DNA of 64,000 bases from an uncultured bacterium. GTDB taxonomy: Bacteria > Eisenbacteria > RBG-16-71-46. The position numbers were made by a program, and so were the translations under genes. The stretch is from positions 102,621 to 166,620 of the forward strand of contig CAZSQX010000002.1 in the NCBI GenBank assembly GCA_964609125.1, written 5' to 3'. Position 1 is the first letter of the stretch; every line of letters begins with the position of its first letter. Shown here piece after piece: positions 57,874-64,000 of the stretch. The notes under the pieces are model-generated. The model was given only the letters and a program-made list of their open reading frames with translations. It ran no database searches and was not told the origin of the DNA.

Positions 57874-58770
57874 ACCATGCTGGCCCGCGTCATGGCGCTC
57901 CATCCCGGCATCGGCGCCGCGGTCCTCGATCCGCTCGGCCCGCGCGACGTCCCCGAGGTCCTGTCCTTCCTCGAGGACGACCCGGTGCTCAACGTCTACC
58001 TCGTCGCGCTCGTCCTGCGCGACGCGCTCGCGCGCCCGAACGACGCCTGGTGGGGCGCCCGGAGGCACGGCCGGCTCACCGCGCTCCTCTACCTCGGCGC
58101 CCACTCCGGCGCCGTGCTGCCCGCGGGTGACGACGAGGACGCGCTGCGGGCGTTGGGCGTGGCCGTCGCCCGCGAGCGAGCGCGGCACGCGCCGCGGTTC
58201 CAGGTCATCGGCCCGCGGGCCGCGGTCCGCGCGCTGCGCGGGGGCTTCCCGGGCCCCGGCGCCAGGCTGCGGCTGGAACGGGACCAGGTCTACATGACGC
58301 TCGACCGCCCGCCCCCGGGACTCCAGCCGCTCCCCGACCTGCGCGCGGCGCGGCGCGAGGACTACGCGTTCCTCTACCACGCCGGGGCCGAGCTGCGGGC
58401 CGAGGAGCTGCTGGAGGACCCGCGCCAGGTGGATCCCGTGGCCTACGCCCGTCGCGTCGAGGAGGAGTGCCGCGACGGCTGGACGTGGGTATGGCGGGAC
58501 GTGCGCGGCCTGTGCTTCCGAGCCGGCATCAGCGCCATCACCCGCACCGCCGCTCAGGTCTCGGGCGTCTACGTGCCGCCCGCGCTCCGCAACCGGGGGG
58601 TCGCGCGCCGCGCGCTGGGCGAGTTGTGCTCGCGGCTCCTCGCGCGCACGCGGCACGTGTGCCTGTTCGTGAACGAGTTCAACGCGCCCGCGCTCGCGCT
58701 CTACCGCCGGCTCGGCTTCCGCGACCGCGCCGAGTGGGCGTCGGCGTTCTACGTGAGCGCCGGCGCCTGA
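57874..58770 (+). CDS. GNAT-family N-acetyltransferase
   Basis: C-terminal acetyl-CoA binding region VPPALRNRGVARRALGEL...ALYRRLGF. Start ambiguous (57820, 57874 or 57889). Confidence 0.55.
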   Translation, partial: TMLARVMALHPGIGAAVLDPLGPRDVPEVLSFLEDDPVLNVYLVALVLRDALARPNDAWWGARRHGRLTALLYLGAHSGAVLPAGDDEDALRALGVAVARERARHAPRFQVIGPRAAVRALRGGFPGPGARLRLERDQVYMTLDRPPPGLQPLPDLRAARREDYAFLYHAGAELRAEELLEDPRQVDPVAYARRVEEECRDGWTWVWRDVRGLCFRAGISAITRTAAQVSGVYVPPALRNRGVARRALGELCSRLLARTRHVCLFVNEFNAPALALYRRLGFRDRAEWASAFYVSAGA

Positions 58771-58873
58771 GCCGCGTTGCCGGATCCTCCGCGACGGCGC
58801 GTTGACCGGCGCGGTCCGCCCGCCGATACATTTCCTCAGGGACGCCGTCCCCGGGGCCCCGGAAAGGCGAAGC

Positions 58874-60658
58874 GTGCGACTGGCCGCCATCGACATCGGC
58901 ACCAACTCCATCCACATGGTCATCGCCCGGGCCACGCGCGGCGATGCATTCACCGTGCTCGATCGCGAGCGCGAGGTGGTGCAGATCGGCCGCGGCTCGT
59001 TCGTGCAGGGGCGGCTCGGCCAGGAGGCCATGACCCGCACCGCGCTCGCGCTCCAGCGCTTCGTGCAGCTCGCCCGCCGCCACGGGGTGGACCGCATCCT
59101 GTGCACGGCCACGGCCGCCGTGCGCGAGGCCAAGAACGGCGGCGACTTCCTGCGCCTGGCGCGCCGCGAGGCGGGGCTCTCCCCGCAGGTGATCCCCTCG
59201 GAGGAGGAGGGCCGCCTCATCCACCTCGCGGTCCAGGCGGCGCTGCCGCTGCCCGACCACCCCGCGCTGCTCGTGGACATCGGCGGCGGCAGCGTGCAGC
59301 TCGTGCTCGTGCGCGGGCCCGAGCTCCTGCGCGTGGTGGGCGCGCCGCTCGGGGCGCTCCGGCTCACCGAGACCATGCTCGATCGTGACCCGCCCTCGCG
59401 CGACAGTGTCGCCCGCCTCCGGCGTGCCGTGCGCAAACAGCTCCGGCGCGCGCTCGAGCACTTCGCCGCGACCCCTCCGGAGTCCGTGTTCGGGTCCTCC
59501 GGCTCCATTCACGCGCTGGCCGAGGTCGTGCATCAGGAGGAGGCCGGCCGGGAGCTGCCGCAGATCAACGGGCACGTACTTCCGGTCGAGGCGCTTGCCG
59601 CTCTCACGCGCCGGCTCGAGCGCATGCCACGCCCGCAGCGCGAGCGCCTGCCCGGGATCGACGCCGCCCGGGCCGAGATCCTCCTCCCCGGCGCGGTCGT
59701 GCTCGAGCAGGTCCTCGAGCTCACCGGCGCCTCCGGCATCACGCTCACCGACTACGGCGTGCGCGAGGGGCTGGTCACCGACTGGCTCCGCCGGCACGCC
59801 CGCGAGCTGTCCTCGCTCGAGGCGGCCGACGACCTGCGCCTGAGGAGCGTCCTCGGGCTGCTCGCGCGCTTCGACCCGGACGGCCGGCACGCCCGCCACG
59901 TGGCCGAGTTGTCGTGCCGGCTCTTCGACGAGCTGCGCCACGGCCACGACCTCGGCGACCGGGAGCGCGAGTGGCTGCGCTTCGCGGCGCTGCTCCACGA
60001 CATCGGCTCGTCGGTGGCCTACGACGGCCACGCCCAGCACTCCGCGTACCTGATCCGGAACGGCGGGCTCCGCGGGCTCACCGGCGAAGAGATCGAGGTC
60101 GTGGCCGCGATCGCGCGCCATCACGGTCGCGCGCGTCCGCGCCGGAGCCGGGACGAGGCCTACGCCGCGCTCCCCCGGGCGCTCCGCCGCGCGGTGCGCT
60201 GGCTGTCGGCCATCCTGCGCGTGGCGGAGGGGCTCGACCGTAGCCACTACCAGCTCGTGCGCGACCTCGCGGTGCGCCGGCGGCGCGGGCCCGTGGTCGT
60301 GCGCGTGGACGCCGCGAGCCAGGCGCAGCTCGAGCTGTGGGCGGCCCGCCGCCGCGCGAGCGATCTCGCGCGACTGCTCGGCCACGCGGTCACGTTCCGG
60401 CCGGCGAAGCGCGCTTCGGCGCCTTCGCGAGCGGGCGCAGCCGCAGGCGAAGCTCCGCCGCCCGGGCGAGCCGAGCGGTCTCGAGACGCTCGGCCGCGCG
60501 TCGCCACGCCTCCCCCTTCCCCGCGACGAAGGCGATCAGGACCGCGCGATCGTTCAGCCCCCCCAGTTCCGCCTGCCAGCGCCGGAGGACGGGAACCCGC
60601 GCCGACCGGCGCTCCCTCGCGAGGGCGAACCCTTCCTCCGCGTACCGCCAGCGCTTGA
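58874..60658 (+). CDS. ppx: exopolyphosphatase / guanosine pentaphosphate phosphohydrolase (Ppx/GppA) with HD-like C-terminal domain and Pro/Arg-rich tail
   Basis: GTG start. Ppx/GppA motifs AAIDIGTNSIHMVIA, DIGGGS, E...SGS. The last ~85 aa are low complexity and overlap the convergent CHAD gene. Confidence 0.75.
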   Translation: MRLAAIDIGTNSIHMVIARATRGDAFTVLDREREVVQIGRGSFVQGRLGQEAMTRTALALQRFVQLARRHGVDRILCTATAAVREAKNGGDFLRLARREAGLSPQVIPSEEEGRLIHLAVQAALPLPDHPALLVDIGGGSVQLVLVRGPELLRVVGAPLGALRLTETMLDRDPPSRDSVARLRRAVRKQLRRALEHFAATPPESVFGSSGSIHALAEVVHQEEAGRELPQINGHVLPVEALAALTRRLERMPRPQRERLPGIDAARAEILLPGAVVLEQVLELTGASGITLTDYGVREGLVTDWLRRHARELSSLEAADDLRLRSVLGLLARFDPDGRHARHVAELSCRLFDELRHGHDLGDREREWLRFAALLHDIGSSVAYDGHAQHSAYLIRNGGLRGLTGEEIEVVAAIARHHGRARPRRSRDEAYAALPRALRRAVRWLSAILRVAEGLDRSHYQLVRDLAVRRRRGPVVVRVDAASQAQLELWAARRRASDLARLLGHAVTFRPAKRASAPSRAGAAAGEAPPPGRAERSRDARPRVATPPPSPRRRRSGPRDRSAPPVPPASAGGREPAPTGAPSRGRTLPPRTASA

Positions 60659-61187
60659 GCGCCAGCCGCGCGCGATGGAGCGCGCCCGCTCCGCCCCGGG
60701 CGAGAGCGCGGGCGAGCCGCGCCAGCGCCCTCCGCCGCCAGCGGGCGAGCGTCTCCCGCACGCGCCGCCTGCGCATGCCGCGACGCGCCAGCCGGTCCGC
60801 CGCCGCGGCGACGTGGGCCAGCAGCCGGCCCGCCGGGTCCTCGGGAAGCTCGAGCGCCGGGACCTCGCGGGCGAGCTCCTCGCGCCACCTGCGCCGCGCC
60901 GGAGCGGGAAGGCGCGCGGCCCCGCCCGCGCCGGAGGAGAGCAGGCCGAGCAGCACCTCGGCGTCCCGCGCCGGAGCGGCCGCGCGCCGGAGCGCCCCCG
61001 CCTCGCGACGGGCCGCGCGGGCGGCGGGTCCCCGCGCCCACAGCGCGAGGCAGGTCTCCAGCCGCCGGCACGCGACCCGCAGGTCGTGGATGGCTGTCGG
61101 CCCGCCGCCGGCCGCCGCCGCGCGTGCGCGCTCCACGACCGCGGCCGCCTGGGCGCGCAGCACCCCTGCGGCCGGGCCGCCGTTCAT
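60390..61187 (-). CDS. CHAD-domain protein
   Basis: CHAD signature IHDLRVACRRLETCL and a second half LKRWRYAEE. Start at M71 of ORF 60390..61397, overlapping the upstream stop (ATGA). Confidence 0.75.
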   Translation of the reverse strand: MNGGPAAGVLRAQAAAVVERARAAAAGGGPTAIHDLRVACRRLETCLALWARGPAARAARREAGALRRAAAPARDAEVLLGLLSSGAGGAARLPAPARRRWREELAREVPALELPEDPAGRLLAHVAAAADRLARRGMRRRRVRETLARWRRRALARLARALARGGAGALHRARLALKRWRYAEEGFALARERRSARVPVLRRWQAELGGLNDRAVLIAFVAGKGEAWRRAAERLETARLARAAELRLRLRPLAKAPKRASPAGT

Positions 61188-61891
61188 CGCGCCGCGCCCG
61201 CCGCCCTCCGCGCCAGCAGACGCGTGACGCTCTCGCACAGCTCGCCCGCCAGGTCGTCCACCTCGCGCGTGGCGTCGAGCGCCTGGAAGCCGAAGTCGCT
61301 CGCGAGCCCGTCCAGCTCCCGGATGAGGCGCCCCTGGTAGCGGACGAAGGACTCGTAGAGGTCCTCCCCCATCGGCACGTCCATGCCCGATTCCCAATAG
61401 TCGAAAGGGCCGTCGGCCAGCACGCGCGGGACCAGCTCCTCGGGCGCGATCCGCAGGTAGAACACGGCGTCCGGCCGGAGCGCGAACGAGTACACCTGCC
61501 GGATCCAGTCCGGGTCCGCCCCCCGCACGATGGCGCGTGCGATCAGCGAGTAGATGTACCGATCGGTGATCATCACGAACCCGGCGCGCAGCGCGGGCAG
61601 GATCTGCTTCTCGAGCCGGTCCGCGAAGTCCGTCGCGTAGAAGAGGTTGTAAGCGTTCGCTCCGAGCGTGTTGCCCTGCTTGGCGCGCCGGATGCCGCGG
61701 CTCGCGAGGTCGGACCGCGTGAAGCCGGTCTCCGCGACCGCGTATCCGAGCCTCTCGAGGTGCGTCCGAACGCGGTTCACGTGCGTGGTCCGACCGACGC
61801 CGTCCGGCCCCTCGATCACGATGAGCCAGCCCGAGAGGTCGTCGAGCTTCGTGCCGGGGAGCGGCTGGCCGTAGGACTCGAACCGCCTCAT
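61184..61891 (-). CDS. thymidylate-kinase-like protein with degenerate P-loop (GPDGVGRTT)
   Basis: Tmk-like IVIEGPDGVGRTT and DRY motif. P-loop lysine replaced by Arg. Start at M203 of ORF 61184..62497. Confidence 0.65.
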   Translation of the reverse strand: MRRFESYGQPLPGTKLDDLSGWLIVIEGPDGVGRTTHVNRVRTHLERLGYAVAETGFTRSDLASRGIRRAKQGNTLGANAYNLFYATDFADRLEKQILPALRAGFVMITDRYIYSLIARAIVRGADPDWIRQVYSFALRPDAVFYLRIAPEELVPRVLADGPFDYWESGMDVPMGEDLYESFVRYQGRLIRELDGLASDFGFQALDATREVDDLAGELCESVTRLLARRAAGAAR

Positions 61892-62610
61892 GCCCGCCGC
61901 CCCGCTTCCACGACGCGCGCGCTCGGATCCCGCGTGACGCCCTTGAGGTGGGGCCGGACCAGCTCGCGGAGCATGCGCTGCTGCACCTCCACCGGCTGCG
62001 TGGCGTCCATCACCGCCAGCCCGTACTCGGGCACGATCCGCTCGTACTCGTCCTGGATGCGCTGCTGGAATCGCCGATAGCTCTCCGCCGGGTCGGGGTG
62101 GAGCCCCAGATCCATCCCGGCCTCGTACCACTTGAGCTTCGGCCGGCCGGAGAGGATCCGGTAGAGCGCCACGTCGAGCGGCACCCGATAGTAGACGGCG
62201 AGCGTGGGGGTGACCGCGAAGCGGTAGAGCGAGCGCACCCACTGCGGGTCCACGCCGCGGGCCACGTCGCGTGCGAACGCCGTGTAGACGTAGCGATCGG
62301 CGAGCACGACCGCGCCGGCCTTCAGGGCCGGCACGATGTCGCGCTCGACCCGATCCGAGAAGTCGGTGGCATGGATGAGCGAGAACGTGAGCGGCGTCAG
62401 GAGCTGGCGCTTCTTCCCTCGAGCCGTGGTCGCGCGCACGATCGGCGAGGAATTCCATTCGCTGAAGATCGCGAGATGTCCCTCGCTCCGGAGCCACTGG
62501 GCGAGGAGCGTCAGCTGCGTGCTCTTCCCCGAGCCGTCGATGCCCTCGACGATGATGAGCCGGCCGGGATACGGGTTGGGGACCCGGCCGAAGCTGGGGC
62601 CCGGGCTCAC
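61888..62610 (-). CDS. thymidylate-kinase-like protein (canonical P-loop GIDGSGKST)
   Basis: IIVEGIDGSGKSTQL and DRY motif. GTG start at V114 of ORF 61888..62949. Confidence 0.7.
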   Translation of the reverse strand: MSPGPSFGRVPNPYPGRLIIVEGIDGSGKSTQLTLLAQWLRSEGHLAIFSEWNSSPIVRATTARGKKRQLLTPLTFSLIHATDFSDRVERDIVPALKAGAVVLADRYVYTAFARDVARGVDPQWVRSLYRFAVTPTLAVYYRVPLDVALYRILSGRPKLKWYEAGMDLGLHPDPAESYRRFQQRIQDEYERIVPEYGLAVMDATQPVEVQQRMLRELVRPHLKGVTRDPSARVVEAGRRA

Positions 62611-63134
62611 GCGACCTTGCCCCGGCCGCGCTGCCTGACCGCCCGGAGCGCGGCGGGCGGGAGCCACCAGCGGAGCTTCGCCGCGAGCGGCCCGTCCGCC
62701 GCGAGCTCGAGCGCGCAGGCGCCGGCCTTCTTGAAGGAGATCGAGCCCGGGCGCACGCCGAGCAGCGCCGACGCGAACTCGGACAGCTCCGGCTCGTGGC
62801 CTACGAGCGCCACCGCCGACGCGGCATGCTCGCGCGCGAGCTGGCGGACGGACTCCAGCGGTGCGGCGCCGGGCAGCAGCGCGTCCAGCCGCGCCGGCTC
62901 GTCGCGCAGCCCGAGCGCCAGGGCCAGGAGTCGTGCCGATTCGACGCAACGCACGGCGGGACTCGAATAGACGCGCTCGATCCCGCGCTCGAGGCGCGCG
63001 AGCCCGGCCGCCGCGCGCCGCATGCGGCTCACGCCACGCGGCGTCAGGGGCCGGGCAAGATCGTCCGGCCAGTGGACCGGGTCGCGGGGCTCGGCCGGAG
63101 CGTGTCGCAAGAGCACGAGTCGCATGGGTTCCAT
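62607..63134 (-). CDS. sixA: phosphohistidine phosphatase SixA-like (histidine phosphatase superfamily)
   Basis: LVLLRHAPAE (RHG motif) and HEPELSEF. Start at M238 of ORF 62607..63845. Confidence 0.7.
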   Translation of the reverse strand: MEPMRLVLLRHAPAEPRDPVHWPDDLARPLTPRGVSRMRRAAAGLARLERGIERVYSSPAVRCVESARLLALALGLRDEPARLDALLPGAAPLESVRQLAREHAASAVALVGHEPELSEFASALLGVRPGSISFKKAGACALELAADGPLAAKLRWWLPPAALRAVRQRGRGKVA

Positions 63135-63298
63135 CTCGCGGGGGTCATCGGCGGTCGGCGCGCGGGACGATAGCACGGAGTGAGTAGAACTCACTTGCGC
63201 ACAACGACTTGCGTTGCCGGAAATACCTCGCGACCTCGCTTCCGGGCGCGCCGGATCGCGGTGGAGGCGGGGTCGAGGCGCGGGGCGGCCGCCCTTCG

Positions 63299-64000
63299 TC
63301 AGCCGGCGCTGACCTTCGCCGCCAGCCCCGCCAGCCCGCCCTCGACCGGCTCCACTTCGCCCGCCGGCAGGGCGGCGATGAGGCGCCGCATGCGCTCGGT
63401 CGTGTAGGCGTGCACGAGCCAGAACAGGCGCAGGTGCTTCCACGCCGCCTCGGCGCGCTTGAGCGCCAGCGGCAGCGCGAGGTCGAGCGAGAACACGTCG
63501 CCGACGATGGCGTCGGGCCGCTCCTCGCGCAGCACCTTCTCGTAGTCGGGCCGCGCCACGTCCACGGCGAGGCCGCCCACCGTGATCCGCTCCCCCGCAC
63601 CGGGCGCCAGCAAGAACTTGCGCGCCGAGCCGCGCAGCCGGAGTGCGCGGTCGGCCCGCGCCGGGTGGACGGCGGACGGCAGGCCCGCGTGCGCGAACCA
63701 GCGCGCGAGCTTCCCGGTGTCGGAGTTCGAGACCACGACGATGTCCACGCCGCGAGCGAGCAGCTCGCGTCCGGCCGCGGCGGCCCGGTCCACGATGCCC
63801 GGCCCGCGGCGCGCCTCCACCGCCCGCACGCCCGCCACGTGGCACTGGCCGCCGAAGGCGTCGAGTGTGACCCCCCTCGCCTCGATGGCGGCGGCGAGCC
63901 GGGCGGCGAGCGGGTCCTCGCCGCGACGGTCGCTCAGGTGGTGGAGCAGGGCGCCATGTTCGGTGAACGGGTCTTCGTCGGCGAACGCGGAGATCCGGCC
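63299..64000 (-). CDS. HAD-like hydrolase, N-terminus beyond window end
   Basis: Frame stays open to the window edge. DIVVVSNSDTG and GDVFSLD motifs suggest HAD superfamily. Confidence 0.4.
   Translation of the reverse strand, partial: GRISAFADEDPFTEHGALLHHLSDRRGEDPLAARLAAAIEARGVTLDAFGGQCHVAGVRAVEARRGPGIVDRAAAAGRELLARGVDIVVVSNSDTGKLARWFAHAGLPSAVHPARADRALRLRGSARKFLLAPGAGERITVGGLAVDVARPDYEKVLREERPDAIVGDVFSLDLALPLALKRAEAAWKHLRLFWLVHAYTTERMRRLIAALPAGEVEPVEGGLAGLAAKVSAG

Noticed and set aside
1-64000. Search for tRNA, rRNA, riboswitch or CRISPR signatures
   Set aside because: No cloverleaf-compatible GTGG...TTC elements, no rRNA-like conserved stretches, and no short direct-repeat arrays were seen by eye. 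A covariance-model scan (tRNAscan-SE/Infernal) would be needed to be definitive.

Overview
This 64-kb window is a very GC-rich bacterial chromosomal segment with strong G/C third-position bias, so all six frames carry long stop-free ORFs and most long ORFs in the track are antisense artefacts. I support about 55 genes, read from motifs, domain architecture, RBS-like sequences and characteristic 4-nt start/stop overlaps. No rRNA, tRNA or CRISPR was seen.

Main content, in order:
- **1-16 kb:** KsgA/RsmA; a two-component operon headed by a Cys/Met/His-rich secreted protein; polysaccharide deacetylase; glycogen-debranching-like enzyme; AsmA; Eda; MscL.
- **14-23 kb:** two paralogous OmpA-TSP3 outer-membrane proteins, methionine aminopeptidase, a GT87-like membrane protein and an ABC-2 exporter.
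- **22-27 kb:** BNR/Ycf48-like and M20 proteins and a retropepsin-like protease.
- **27.1-30.5 kb:** a five-gene plus-strand cassette bracketed by two ~100-bp palindromic repeat elements in inverted orientation.
- **30.6-41.9 kb:** ThiL, an MFS transporter, an M16 peptidase pair, a small outer-membrane beta-barrel, an XRE regulator, HlyD plus an ABC-2 exporter, and NnrS.
- **42-63 kb:** a phosphate supercluster: phoU-pstBACS-OprO/P porin, PhoR/PhoB-like HK/RR, Ppx/GppA, a CHAD protein, two tandem thymidylate-kinase-like genes and SixA.
- **48.9-55 kb:** a TonB-dependent receptor and a ~1000-aa secreted protein.

Most notable:
1. The palindromic-repeat-bracketed cassette (27.1-30.5 kb).
2. In that cassette, a Cyc2-like fused monoheme cytochrome c-porin (candidate iron oxidase), split by one in-frame TAA, with a PSCyt1-type cytochrome lipoprotein immediately downstream.
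3. A near-perfect ~1.24-kb intragenic tandem duplication (period 1359 bp) in the large secreted protein, which also carries a T9SS/FlgD-Ig-like C-terminal sorting domain.
4. The tandem thymidylate-kinase-like pair, one with a degenerate P-loop, in the polyphosphate cluster.
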